Shown here one piece after another: positions 19,203-29,303 of a DNA stretch of 62,052 bases. A program made the position numbers and the translations under genes. Source of the stretch: a virus (Duplodnaviria; Caudoviricetes); IMG/VR virus record IMGVR_UViG_3300021091_004741, positions 1 to 62,052 of that record. One strand, given 5' to 3'. The notes below the pieces were generated by a model that searched no databases, was not told the DNA's origin, and saw only the letters and a program-made list of their open reading frames with translations. Position 1 is the stretch's first letter. Every line of letters begins with the position of its first letter.

Positions 19203-20337
19203 CATACCAATTTTTCGATTGAACTTCGATTTTTTTTCTAAAATTAAGTTCCTCAAAGGTGCTTGGGATATATTAACATCGGACCGTCCACTTGGTGAAT
19301 CAAAATACGTAAAACTATTCGAGGAAAGATTTTCGAATATGTCAGAAACAAAATATGCAATTGCAGTTTCCAATGGAACTGTTGCAATTGAATTAGCTTT
19401 GAAATCACTCGGAGTCAAAGGAAAAAAAGTTTTGATGCCCTCTAATACCTTTTTCGCTACAAGTGTTGCAGTCACAAATGCTGGAGGCGAAATAGAACTT
19501 GTTGATATGGACCCAAGGTCTTTTTCTTTGAGTTATGAAGATTTGAAAACCAAAATATCATCCGAAATCGGTGCAGTTATAATAGTTCATATAGGTGGAA
19601 TTATATCTGATAAGATTTATAAAATTAAAGAACTTTGTAAGTTACACGATGTTCCATTAATTGAAGATGCCGCTCATGCACATTTCTCTTCCTATGGAAC
19701 TTACCGCGCAGGGTCTATAGGTGAAATAGGGTGTTTCTCATTTTTCCCCACAAAAGTCATGACAACTGGTGAAGGTGGTATGATAACCACAAATAACAAA
19801 GAACTTTATGAAAAAATGAAATCTTTGAAAAACTTTGGAAGAGATATAAATGACGCAGGAATAATTGTTAACGAAGAAGGAAATAATTTTAAAATAAATG
19901 AATTTACTGGTTTACTCGGTTGTGTTGAATTGGATAGAGTTCATAATAGAATTGAAAGAAGAAATGAGCTTTTGGAGGTTTATCAAAAAGAATTAGAAAA
20001 AACAAAATACAAAATTATAAAACAGAAAAAAAGAAGTTCTTGTGCGTATTACAAAGCAATCATAGTTACACCTATGGACGGTATTTGGTTGAAAAAATAT
20101 TGTAAAGAAAAAAACATCACTTTTACTGGTGAAGTCTACAGAATACCAATACATGAACAACCATTATACAAGGACAAATTTTCCTATGTAAATTTACCGA
20201 ACACTGATTATTATTCTAAACATCACGTATGTCCTCCTCTTTACCCCGAGTTGGGTTTTGATGAAGTCAAATATATCTGTGATGTAATGAAACAAGCTTT
20301 GGTAGATTATGAAAAACAGAGTAGCGAAATTAGTTGA
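19189..20337 (+). CDS. DegT/DnrJ/EryC1/StrS PLP-dependent sugar aminotransferase
   Basis: AVSNGTVA, IEDAAHAH, CFSFFPTKVMTTGEGG (PLP lysine). Confidence 0.92.
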   Translation: MKNFSIPIFRLNFDFFSKIKFLKGAWDILTSDRPLGESKYVKLFEERFSNMSETKYAIAVSNGTVAIELALKSLGVKGKKVLMPSNTFFATSVAVTNAGGEIELVDMDPRSFSLSYEDLKTKISSEIGAVIIVHIGGIISDKIYKIKELCKLHDVPLIEDAAHAHFSSYGTYRAGSIGEIGCFSFFPTKVMTTGEGGMITTNNKELYEKMKSLKNFGRDINDAGIIVNEEGNNFKINEFTGLLGCVELDRVHNRIERRNELLEVYQKELEKTKYKIIKQKKRSSCAYYKAIIVTPMDGIWLKKYCKEKNITFTGEVYRIPIHEQPLYKDKFSYVNLPNTDYYSKHHVCPPLYPELGFDEVKYICDVMKQALVDYEKQSSEIS

Positions 20338-21346
20338 GATAAGAAAAATAGAAATCTTCGAGGAAGATATTCCTAAATTAAATAAGGGTCAGATATTGGT
20401 TGCCATGAAATCAGTTGGGATTTGTGGCTCGGATATGCATTATTTTAAAGAAGGGGGTTTAGGTTCTTTTAAAGCACCCCTACCTATGTACATGGGTCAT
20501 GAACCTTCAGGTATTGTTATTGACTATAATGGGTCTCAAAAGTTTAAGGATGGTGACAGAGTAGCTGTTGAACCAGGTATGCCCTGTATTACTTCTTATT
20601 GGTCTTTGAAGGGTAAACATAACCTTTGTGATAAAGGCACTTTTATGGGTGCAAACGCTCAAGGAGCTTTCGCAGACTATGTTATAGTTGAAGAATTACA
20701 ATTGGTAAAATTACCAGAATCAATGTCATTCAACTTAGGTAGTTTAATGGAGCCGTTAGGTGTTTGTTTACATACTGCGAACTTATTAGAACCGAAGTTT
20801 ACCGAATCTGCAACAATATTTGGGGCTGGTCCTATTGGTTTGTGTATGTTTTCAATACTAAAAAAGATGGGATTGAAGAACATTTTCATGGTGGACAAAA
20901 TCCCTTTCAGAGTTGAGTTTGCTAAGTCTTTCGGAGCAAAAGACGCATTTCTTCTCGCGGATGATTACAATAAAAAAATCAAAAGTGCAACTGATGGTTT
21001 TGGAACAAATCTAACAATTGATACAGGTGGTACTTCAGAATCAATTGATGGTTGTATAAACGTAGCGTCGGTCAATGGTAGAGTCGCTTTAATTGGTATA
21101 CCTGAAGCAGACTCAGTCAACTACAACCCACACAGAATGAGAACAAAAGAATTAACTATTAAGAACGTGAGAAGGTCTAATCAGACTTTAGATGATTGTA
21201 TTGTTAATTACTACGATGATTGTGAGATTGAAAAAATAATCTCACATGAATATGATTTTGAGAACATACAAAAAGCATTCGAAATGGTTGCGGATTATCG
21301 AGATAATATATTAAAATGTATCATTAAAAATAATAATCAATTATGA
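20309..21346 (+). CDS. Zn-dependent (MDR) sugar/polyol dehydrogenase
   Basis: GICGSD, GHEPSG, GDRVAVEPG, EPLGV, FGAGPIGL. Confidence 0.9.
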   Translation: MKNRVAKLVEIRKIEIFEEDIPKLNKGQILVAMKSVGICGSDMHYFKEGGLGSFKAPLPMYMGHEPSGIVIDYNGSQKFKDGDRVAVEPGMPCITSYWSLKGKHNLCDKGTFMGANAQGAFADYVIVEELQLVKLPESMSFNLGSLMEPLGVCLHTANLLEPKFTESATIFGAGPIGLCMFSILKKMGLKNIFMVDKIPFRVEFAKSFGAKDAFLLADDYNKKIKSATDGFGTNLTIDTGGTSESIDGCINVASVNGRVALIGIPEADSVNYNPHRMRTKELTIKNVRRSNQTLDDCIVNYYDDCEIEKIISHEYDFENIQKAFEMVADYRDNILKCIIKNNNQL

Positions 21347-22065
21347 GAAAGATTCTGAGTATAGATGGATTCAGATATAAAACGGAGGAAAGATTAAATG
21401 AAATTAAAAACACTCTGAGATGGAACTCTAAGTTTTTTGATATCATACATGTGTGGTGTCAAGAAGTTTTGGATTATGAGAAATTCGAAGAGTTTCACTC
21501 TGAAAAAATTATTGTCCATAATTTGAACAGAACGGATATGATTTCCATGAAGGATTTATATGATTTTACAAACGAAGTATCGACTGACGAAGATTTCAAA
21601 TTCTTCGCCAATTCGGATACCACATTTGGAGAACAAATTATGGAATATAATTGCCCTGATGATTGGTTTATACTTTTCACCAATCGGTCAATGAGAGACC
21701 CACAAATAGGTCAAAACCCTGAAGCATATCAATTGTCTGAAGATGATGGTTTGATTCTTTTCAATAGAGATGGTATATTAGATACTAATTGGTTTCAAAA
21801 TGATGAATCAATTAAACCATTTGCAATATCTGCACACTGTGGATGGTCATGGAAAACCAAAAAAGAAATGCCAAAAGGAAATTGTTATTTGGGAACACAA
21901 GGAGGAGAAAATTGTTTTTTGAATCAAATCATTTCATCAGGATTTATTCCCAAAGCCGGTGTAGTAAAATACCCCACTTTCCACAATCATAGAACAAATG
22001 AAAAAACAGAAAGGTTTCAGTCAATCACGACGGGACCTAGATTAACTCAATCAAGTTATTTGTAA
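21343..22065 (+). CDS. Hypothetical protein, possibly GT-A fold
   Basis: FFANSDTTF motif and cluster context only. Confidence 0.45.
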   Translation: MRKILSIDGFRYKTEERLNEIKNTLRWNSKFFDIIHVWCQEVLDYEKFEEFHSEKIIVHNLNRTDMISMKDLYDFTNEVSTDEDFKFFANSDTTFGEQIMEYNCPDDWFILFTNRSMRDPQIGQNPEAYQLSEDDGLILFNRDGILDTNWFQNDESIKPFAISAHCGWSWKTKKEMPKGNCYLGTQGGENCFLNQIISSGFIPKAGVVKYPTFHNHRTNEKTERFQSITTGPRLTQSSYL

Positions 22066-22068
22066 AAT

Positions 22069-22677
22069 ATGATATTCAACAAAAATTATACAAATCATTC
22101 ACGATGGAATGATTTATCAGACAAACACAAAAATACTTTAACGATACCAAATCTTTTTGCAAATATTCTCCACGAGTATCAGGACAAGATTCCTGATACA
22201 CAAAATCTGAGAAGTGCAATTGAAACTTGGACTTTTGACGCGAAGACAACATCAATTTTAGCAAATCATTTTGATATTGTTTTTACTGTAGAATTATACC
22301 CTGACGTTAACCCATATGACCAAATCAGTTATAGAGAGATTCATGAAGGATATTCAAAAGATTACGATAACATAACTTTTCTATATGGTCCCTTGAATGA
22401 AGTAATTCCAGAGATTTTATCTGAACTACCAGATGAGAGATTTATGTTCCTTTTGGATTTTCATCGAAACTCTACAAACCCAATCAAAGATGAAATTGAA
22501 ACAATAAAAAAATACAGTAGAAATAAAAATCACGTCTTTTTGATTGATGATTGTAATTTCTTGGGTACTTTGAATTTCCCAACACCACAAGAATTGAAAG
22601 AACTTTTGTACTCAATAAATCCTGAATATACACTTGTGGAAATAAATGATGGAAATAAAATAATGTTAGTATACTGA
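22069..22677 (+). CDS. Divergent methyltransferase-like protein
   Basis: IETWT...FTVEL...FLLDFH...FLIDD resembles the ETGT...LDAH...IDD family, with substitutions. Confidence 0.45.
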   Translation: MIFNKNYTNHSRWNDLSDKHKNTLTIPNLFANILHEYQDKIPDTQNLRSAIETWTFDAKTTSILANHFDIVFTVELYPDVNPYDQISYREIHEGYSKDYDNITFLYGPLNEVIPEILSELPDERFMFLLDFHRNSTNPIKDEIETIKKYSRNKNHVFLIDDCNFLGTLNFPTPQELKELLYSINPEYTLVEINDGNKIMLVY

Positions 22678-23612
22678 TGAAAAAATTTATTATTACAACG
22701 ACAATTAACGAACCAACAGAAGCGACACACAAGTTCTGTGAGATTGCAGATAAGAAAGATTTCAAGTTCGTTATTATCGGAGACCTCAAAACTCCACATG
22801 ACAAATACAATAAACTCGTATCCAAACACGATAACGTTTTATATCTCAGTCCTGAGGACCAAGAAAAAATATACCCTGAACTTTCTGAAAAAATTGGATG
22901 GAGAACAATTCAGAGAAGAAATATTGGTTTTGTCTATGCTTACCAACAAGGCGCAGAAATAGTCGCGACAATTGATGATGACAATATCCCCTACGAAAAC
23001 TGGGGTGATAATATTATGATTGGAAAAGAAGTTGAAGTTGACCTATTCGAAAATACATCATGTCCATATTTCGATGCAATTTCAGTTACCAATCATAATG
23101 ACCTTTGGCACAGAGGTTTCCCAATCGAATATTTAAATGTTAAAAATCACTCTGAATACAAAGGGAAAGTCAAAATGATTCCACTTGTACAAGCGGAGTT
23201 TTGGGATGGTGACCCTGATATCGATGCAATCTGTAGACTCAGTAAAAAACCAATTGTCAAGTTTGAACCCTTCGAACCTTTTACAACAAGACAACTGTCA
23301 CCCTTCAACTCACAAAATACTTTCTTACATAGAAGTGTTTTGAAACACTACTCAGTGTTCCCATATGTTGGAAGGATGGATGACATTTGGGGTTCCTACG
23401 TGATGCAATATCATTTTCCAAACTCTGTTCTTTATACAAAAGCATCAGTATATCAAGCAAGAAACCCACAAGACTTGGTAAAAAACTTGGAAAATGAAAT
23501 TATAGGATACAGAAACACATTAAACTTTTTAAATAATATTCAAGACTACAGGAATTTACTTCCACAAGAAACTTTATCATATTTTAACATATATCAAACT
23601 TATTTCAAATGA
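22677..23612 (+). CDS. STELLO/DUF288- or RGP(GT75)-like glycosyltransferase
   Basis: IITTTINEPT, VIIGDLKTP, RRNIGFVYA, IDDDN, WHRGFP, GDPDIDA, PFNSQNT, RMDDIW. Confidence 0.72.
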   Translation: MKKFIITTTINEPTEATHKFCEIADKKDFKFVIIGDLKTPHDKYNKLVSKHDNVLYLSPEDQEKIYPELSEKIGWRTIQRRNIGFVYAYQQGAEIVATIDDDNIPYENWGDNIMIGKEVEVDLFENTSCPYFDAISVTNHNDLWHRGFPIEYLNVKNHSEYKGKVKMIPLVQAEFWDGDPDIDAICRLSKKPIVKFEPFEPFTTRQLSPFNSQNTFLHRSVLKHYSVFPYVGRMDDIWGSYVMQYHFPNSVLYTKASVYQARNPQDLVKNLENEIIGYRNTLNFLNNIQDYRNLLPQETLSYFNIYQTYFK

Positions 23613-24700
23613 AAAAAATACTAGTACTCGGTGGTGGTGGTTTCATAGGAGGTCATCTCAGTAAAAGATTAAAAGAAGAAGGTAATCACGTACGAATCTG
23701 TGATATAAAAAAACATGAATATTTTTTCCACGATGAAATCTGTCATGAGTTCATATTGGGGGATTTAACAGACCCTAAAGTTGTTGAACTTGTAATCGAG
23801 GAAGGAGTTGATGAAGTATATCAATTAGCCGCAGATATGGGTGGAGCACTGTATATTTTCACGGGTGAAAATGATGCAGCGGTGATGTATAACTCAGCAA
23901 CTATCAACTTGAATGTTGCTAAAGAATGTGTAAAGAAAAAAGTTAAGAAAGTTTTCTATTCATCTTCAGCATGTATGTACCCCGAACATAATCAAATGGA
24001 CCCAAACAATCCTAATTGTGAAGAAAGTTCCGCATATCCTGCTAATCCTGATTCAGAATATGGTTGGGAAAAACTTTTCTCTGAAAGATTATATTTGGCT
24101 TTTCATAGGAATCACGGTTTGAACGTAAGAGTGGCAAGGTTTCATAATATCTTTGGTCCACAAGGCACGTGGCAAGGTGGTCGAGAAAAATCTCCTGCCG
24201 CCATGTGTAGAAAAGCAGCCGATACCGCTGAAGGTGGTGAAATTGAGGTTTGGGGAAATGGTTTACAAACTAGGTCTTTCCTATATGTAGATGAATGTGT
24301 TGAAGCGGTTCTACATTTGATGGATTCAGATTTTACAGGTCCCGTAAACATAGGTAGTGAAGAAATGGTCACAATTAACGACTTAGCTAAAATGGCAATC
24401 AAAATCTCCAACAAAAACTTAAGTATTACAAACTTAGAAGGAGAGGCATTTCAGAAAAAATATGGATTCAAATGTCCTTTGGGTGTTAAGGGAAGAAATT
24501 CAGATAATAAATTATACAAAGAGAAAATCGGATGGGAAAGTGAAAAAACTTTGTTAGAAGGTATGACAAAAACCTATAAATGGATTAAATCTCAAGTTGA
24601 TAAAAAAGAAAAAGAAACACCTTGGATTTATGAAAGTCCTGATGGGAAAACCATCTACAAAAGAGAACCAGGTTCCTTGGACAGGACCTTAATAAAATAA
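23609..24700 (+). CDS. NAD-dependent epimerase, GDP-mannose 3,5-epimerase-like
   Basis: GGGGFIG, LAADMGG, YSSSACMYP, AYPANPDSEYGWEK, RFHNIFGP..TW.GGREKSPAAMCRK, QTRSF. Confidence 0.85.
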   Translation: MKKILVLGGGGFIGGHLSKRLKEEGNHVRICDIKKHEYFFHDEICHEFILGDLTDPKVVELVIEEGVDEVYQLAADMGGALYIFTGENDAAVMYNSATINLNVAKECVKKKVKKVFYSSSACMYPEHNQMDPNNPNCEESSAYPANPDSEYGWEKLFSERLYLAFHRNHGLNVRVARFHNIFGPQGTWQGGREKSPAAMCRKAADTAEGGEIEVWGNGLQTRSFLYVDECVEAVLHLMDSDFTGPVNIGSEEMVTINDLAKMAIKISNKNLSITNLEGEAFQKKYGFKCPLGVKGRNSDNKLYKEKIGWESEKTLLEGMTKTYKWIKSQVDKKEKETPWIYESPDGKTIYKREPGSLDRTLIK

Positions 24701-24703
24701 AAT

Positions 24704-25441
24704 ATGGCGAGAGAACAAAGAAGGAAACTTCCAACCCCGACACCAACGGAGGATGGAATTATTCCTAAAACAAAAAAACAGATAATCTGCTCCTTAATAA
24801 AAAAGAAAACCAAACAAAAATTTTTATCCGAAAGTCAAAAAAAATACTATGAAATACTAACTCAAAATCAAATAGCCATTTGTTCAGGACCTGCGGGTGT
24901 GGGCAAAAGTTATATCGCTATGAAATGTGCCGTTGATTTGTTGGTAGACCCTAATACACCATACGAGAAAATTATAATTGTTAGGCCCGCTGTTGAGGCC
25001 GAAGAAAAATTAGGAAGTCTACCTGGTGGTGTTGAAGAAAAATTGGACCCTTATATTTTCCCGTCTTACTATCTTTTGAACAAAATAATTGGTAAGGATA
25101 TGCGAGAGAAGTTGAAAGATTTCGAAGCCATAGAAGTTTTCGCACTTGCTTACATGAGAGGTATGAACATAGATAATTCAATTTTAATTTTTGAAGAAGC
25201 TCAAAACTCAACACCTTCTCAGATGAAATTATTATTGACTAGAATTGGATTCAATTCTAAATTCTTCATCTCAGGTGATTTGGAACAGTTTGACAGACAT
25301 AAGGACAAAACTCATACAGGTCTATGGGATGTTATCACTAAGTTTCAAGACACAGAAGATATAGGTATTTTTGAATTTCATTCCAATGACATTGTTAGAA
25401 ATCCTCTAATTACCAAAATATTACAAAAATATGAAGAATGA
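24704..25441 (+). CDS. phoH: PhoH-family ATPase
   Basis: GPAGVGKS, RPAVEA..LGSLPG, YMRG, EEAQN, LLTRIG, GDLEQFD. Confidence 0.92.
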   Translation: MAREQRRKLPTPTPTEDGIIPKTKKQIICSLIKKKTKQKFLSESQKKYYEILTQNQIAICSGPAGVGKSYIAMKCAVDLLVDPNTPYEKIIIVRPAVEAEEKLGSLPGGVEEKLDPYIFPSYYLLNKIIGKDMREKLKDFEAIEVFALAYMRGMNIDNSILIFEEAQNSTPSQMKLLLTRIGFNSKFFISGDLEQFDRHKDKTHTGLWDVITKFQDTEDIGIFEFHSNDIVRNPLITKILQKYEE

Positions 25442-26025
25442 GAATCGGTATCGAAATTAATGGTGTTTTAAGAGATACTCTGAAAAAAATTCAGCAAGAG
25501 TACGAAAAATGGTATATCGAAAATCCGTTCCGAGAAGATACAGATTTTGAATATAAAGTAATTTCCGACTTAAACTCCTTGGATATTTTCAAACATTTGA
25601 CTTTTCCAAATAAAGAAGAACTTTATCATTTCTTATACCAAGAACATACAATGGAAATATTCGGTCATGCGGGTTCGATTGAGTACAATAGTATGAATGA
25701 TTTGAATGACTTCTATTTGGACTTCAGAGACTCTCATGACATATTAATTGTTTCAGATGAGATTGGTAAATCGAAACCTGCGTCTCTTTTTTTTCTATCC
25801 AAGTTTGGATGTTTGATTGAATCAGTTAAGTTTTACAGCGAATCTACAATAAATTCACTTTGGGACTCCGTTGATATTTTACTTACTGCAAATCCCTCTC
25901 TATTATTGAATCATCCCTCCAATAAAATTGTGATTAAATATATTACCGAATATAATACAGAAATTAAAATTGACTCGGAAATATTTTCCATAAAAGAACT
26001 TAAGAATATAATAGAAAAATTATGA
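25438..26025 (+). CDS. HAD/5'(3')-nucleotidase-fold protein with degenerate motif I
   Basis: MRIGIEINGVLRD resembles the IGIDIDGVL motif, but DxD is replaced by ExN. Confidence 0.5.
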   Translation: MRIGIEINGVLRDTLKKIQQEYEKWYIENPFREDTDFEYKVISDLNSLDIFKHLTFPNKEELYHFLYQEHTMEIFGHAGSIEYNSMNDLNDFYLDFRDSHDILIVSDEIGKSKPASLFFLSKFGCLIESVKFYSESTINSLWDSVDILLTANPSLLLNHPSNKIVIKYITEYNTEIKIDSEIFSIKELKNIIEKL

Positions 26026-26309
26026 TAAAAGTTTTAGGTGAGAACTACTTCATTGACTTAGACCAAGTAGAAACTTATTTGGACATTAGTGAAGAACCCT
26101 CTACTGAGGAAAAAAATCCAAATACCTCCGAAATGAAAATAAATGTGATAAAATTTGAACTTGTCAAAATGTTATTCGAAACTATCTTGACTGAACAAGA
26201 TATAATAGATGACAAATTAGGTATCAAAACTGTATCCAACAATACCAGTGTGCCTTTCAAAATAGCATTCAATACTTTGTTAAATAAAAAATTAATCAAT
26301 CACTATTAA
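26022..26309 (+). CDS. Hypothetical protein
   Basis: 95-aa ORF with ATGA coupling in the operon. Confidence 0.7.
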   Translation: MIKVLGENYFIDLDQVETYLDISEEPSTEEKNPNTSEMKINVIKFELVKMLFETILTEQDIIDDKLGIKTVSNNTSVPFKIAFNTLLNKKLINHY

Positions 26310-26310
26310 T

Positions 26311-27363
26311 ATGGAAAATCAACTAAAAGAAAAAATTCAACAATCCATAGATAATCTAAGAAATAAAAAAGCTAGGATTTACTTTTTGGTACAAGATACA
26401 AAAGGTAATGCAAAAGCATCTGTAAGGTTAATCTATCAGATGGCTAAAACGTTATTGGATAATAATTTCAATCCCATCATGCTTCACGAAAAAAATGATT
26501 ATTCGGGAGTTGTTGCTTGGTTAGATGAAGAATATATGAATTTGTCTCATAAATCAATCGAAGGACAGAATCTTGAAATTACTCCTGAGGATTTCATAGT
26601 CATACCCGAAATATTTGGATATGTTATGGAACAAATCAAAAACCTCCCTTGTGGTAAAATTGTTTTAACACAACAATACTCAAATATGTTAGAAACTTTA
26701 CAACCTGGTCAAACTTGGGCTCAGTATGGTTTTTTCAAATGTATAACAACCTCTAATTCTCAAAAGGAATATATTGAGAGAGTCATGAGACAAGCTAGTT
26801 TTGACGTTATCGAACCGTTAATCGGTGAGGAGTTCAAACCAAAGGACATACCTCCCATGCCAATTATTGGTGTTCACACAAAAGACCAATCGGATACCAT
26901 CAGTTTAATTAAAACATTTTATCTCAAGTTTCCGCAATATAGATGGTTTTCTTTCAGAGACCTCAGAGGACTTTCTGAAAAAGAGTTTGCTAATTCTTTG
27001 AGGGATTGTTTTGTAACAGTTTGGATTGATACCAAGTCAGCCTTCGGTACATTTCCGTTGGAATCTATGAAAAGTAATGTCCCCGTAATTGGCATCACTC
27101 CTGACCTGAGACCTGATTGGATGACCGAAGACAACGGAATATGGATAAATAATCCAACACTTTTAGCTGATGTACTTGCTGATTTCATTCAAAATTGGTT
27201 AGAGGACAACATCTCACCTGAACTTTACACACACGGTGAAAAAACCGTTTCAAGATATTCAGACAAAAATAAATTCGAGAGCACAGTTATTAGTCAATTC
27301 CAACAATATTTGACAACACGTGCTGATTCATTCCAAGAACAAATATCAAAAACAGAAGAATAA
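26311..27363 (+). CDS. GT-B-like putative glycosyltransferase
   Basis: EDFIVIPEIF, EFANSLR, FGTFPLESMKSNVPVIG (GT4-like FG.p.lEam motif). Confidence 0.65.
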   Translation: MENQLKEKIQQSIDNLRNKKARIYFLVQDTKGNAKASVRLIYQMAKTLLDNNFNPIMLHEKNDYSGVVAWLDEEYMNLSHKSIEGQNLEITPEDFIVIPEIFGYVMEQIKNLPCGKIVLTQQYSNMLETLQPGQTWAQYGFFKCITTSNSQKEYIERVMRQASFDVIEPLIGEEFKPKDIPPMPIIGVHTKDQSDTISLIKTFYLKFPQYRWFSFRDLRGLSEKEFANSLRDCFVTVWIDTKSAFGTFPLESMKSNVPVIGITPDLRPDWMTEDNGIWINNPTLLADVLADFIQNWLEDNISPELYTHGEKTVSRYSDKNKFESTVISQFQQYLTTRADSFQEQISKTEE

Positions 27364-27364
27364 T

Positions 27365-28171
27365 ATGAAAAACACTTCAAGCATATCAATAATTTTACCC
27401 TTGAAATCGGCTAAGGTAAAAGATTTCAAAGAATATTTCCTTAAAGCAATTACCTCACTCACAATACAACAAGAACCTATTGACGAGCTTGTGATTGTAC
27501 ATACCGCAGAGGAATCATTAATTGAAATAATTAATAATTTTGATTTCAGCGGAATTACGGTAAACAAAATACTTTGGGACAAAACTCCAAATTACTCAGA
27601 CCAAGTCAATCTTGGTATAAAATCAGCAAAGAGTGAATGGGTTTCGTTATTCGAGTTTGATGATGAGTATGCAAGTATTTGGTTTAAGAATGTGAAAAAA
27701 TATATTTCCTCGTTTCCATCAGTTCAAATGTTTCTACCTGTAGTTGTAGAAACAGATGAGAAAGGAATTTTTGCTGGTTTTACAAATGAAGCTACTTTTG
27801 CTGCTAACTTTACTCAAGAAATGGGGGTCCTTACAAACGAAACACTTCATGATTATCAAAACTTCCAAACCGCAGGCTCAGTCTTTAAAAAAGAAATTAT
27901 CGATGATTTTGGAGGATTCAAATCTTCAATTAAATTAACTTTTGTTTATGAATTTCTTTTGAGACTTACTTATAATTCAGTTTCTATCATGACAGTTCCT
28001 CGATTGGGTTATAAGCACACCAATCTTAGAGAAGGTTCAATTTTTTGGAACTATAAGTTTGGACAAGAAACGATGCTCGAGGATGAAGTTAAGTTTTGGG
28101 TACAAACCGCGAAAAAAGAATATTTTTTTTCTGACGATAGAGTCATAAAATATCAAAAAGAAAATGCATAA
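27365..28171 (+). CDS. GT2-like glycosyltransferase
   Basis: ISIILP, KAITSL..Q, VNLGIKSAKSEWVSLFEFDDEY, FGGF; start set at ATG 27365. Confidence 0.75.
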   Translation: MKNTSSISIILPLKSAKVKDFKEYFLKAITSLTIQQEPIDELVIVHTAEESLIEIINNFDFSGITVNKILWDKTPNYSDQVNLGIKSAKSEWVSLFEFDDEYASIWFKNVKKYISSFPSVQMFLPVVVETDEKGIFAGFTNEATFAANFTQEMGVLTNETLHDYQNFQTAGSVFKKEIIDDFGGFKSSIKLTFVYEFLLRLTYNSVSIMTVPRLGYKHTNLREGSIFWNYKFGQETMLEDEVKFWVQTAKKEYFFSDDRVIKYQKENA

Positions 28172-28918
28172 ATGCAAGAAACTATTTCTGCACAAACAGA
28201 AAATGTTTCATCTAAGAAAAGAGGTAGAAAGGCAGTTAAAGAAAATTATTTCGATGTTAGAGAAGAAACCGCAGTTAGAAAATTTTTAGTTGCGGAATCA
28301 ATGGACGAAAAGAATAAAATTTATAACCAATTTTTAAGAGCGCCTCTTGATAAGATGATTTCTTCTATTATCAGACGGTACAAACTGTATCGAAAAGATA
28401 TGGATTTCAATGAGATTCATACAGATACACATTCGTTTTTAATGACCAAAGTTGATAAGTTCAGACCGTCAAAAAATAAAAAAGCTTATTCTTATTTTGG
28501 AACAATTTGTAAGAATTATTTGATGGGTCAAATCATCAAAGACCAAAAAGAGACGAACAGAAAAATATCTTACGAGGACATTTCTTCAACTTTAGAGGAG
28601 AGACCAGATTTAATCTATAGAATTGATGATGAGGTTTTAGATTATGATTATGTAATTATTGAATATATTAAAGAACTTAAAGAATATCTCGAAGTGGAAA
28701 CTTTGAATGATAATGAAAAAAAATTAGGATACGCTTTGATTGACTTATTTGACAATTACCAAACTATTTTTTCAGGTGCCGAAAATAATAAGTTCAATAA
28801 AAATATCATTTTGTTATCACTCAGAGAAATGACAAATCTGAGTACAAAAGAAATTAGAAGCTCAATCAAAAAGTTTAAAAAACTATACAACAGTATTCAA
28901 TACAGATTGAAAAATTAA
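28172..28918 (+). CDS. T4 gp55-like late-transcription sigma factor
   Basis: NYF...; region-2-like KVDKFRPSKNKKAYSYFGTICKNYLMGQIIKD resembles gp55/sigma region 2; lies directly before the virion genes. Confidence 0.65.
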   Translation: MQETISAQTENVSSKKRGRKAVKENYFDVREETAVRKFLVAESMDEKNKIYNQFLRAPLDKMISSIIRRYKLYRKDMDFNEIHTDTHSFLMTKVDKFRPSKNKKAYSYFGTICKNYLMGQIIKDQKETNRKISYEDISSTLEERPDLIYRIDDEVLDYDYVIIEYIKELKEYLEVETLNDNEKKLGYALIDLFDNYQTIFSGAENNKFNKNIILLSLREMTNLSTKEIRSSIKKFKKLYNSIQYRLKN

Positions 28919-28936
28919 TTTTAAGTATTTATAGAT

Positions 28937-29302
28937 ATGCCAAGACCTCAAAGAAAAGAAATAAATTTTACTAAGGATTCTATATTAGCTCTCATGCAAG
29001 AGATTTATAATGAACTTGTTGAGCAGAGACAAACGGCAATCAGAATTCAAAACAAAATGTTGACCATGTTGAAAGACCCTGAAGACATGACAACAATTGG
29101 TCCTGTTATTGAAAAACAACAAAAAATTGTAAACGATTGTGTTGAGAAAAAAATTAGCTTGTCGAAATTACAATCGAGTATTTGGGAGAAATCCAACTCA
29201 AGTGATGAATCTTTTACCCTCTCGGATTTAGACGATGACTTAATACAGAATCTTATTGAAAAGGATGTTTCTAATGACGAAGAAACATACAAAATGAGAT
29301 AA
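28937..29302 (+). CDS. Hypothetical helical protein
   Basis: 121-aa ORF with TATTTAT 4 nt upstream. Confidence 0.7.
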   Translation: MPRPQRKEINFTKDSILALMQEIYNELVEQRQTAIRIQNKMLTMLKDPEDMTTIGPVIEKQQKIVNDCVEKKISLSKLQSSIWEKSNSSDESFTLSDLDDDLIQNLIEKDVSNDEETYKMR

Positions 29303-29303
29303 G

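Noticed and set aside
6225-28171. Bacterial LPS/capsule locus or host contamination
   Set aside because: No export, polymerase or priming genes are present; the cluster is interleaved with phage-type dUTPase, exonuclease and PhoH and is continuous with the late sigma and baseplate genes.
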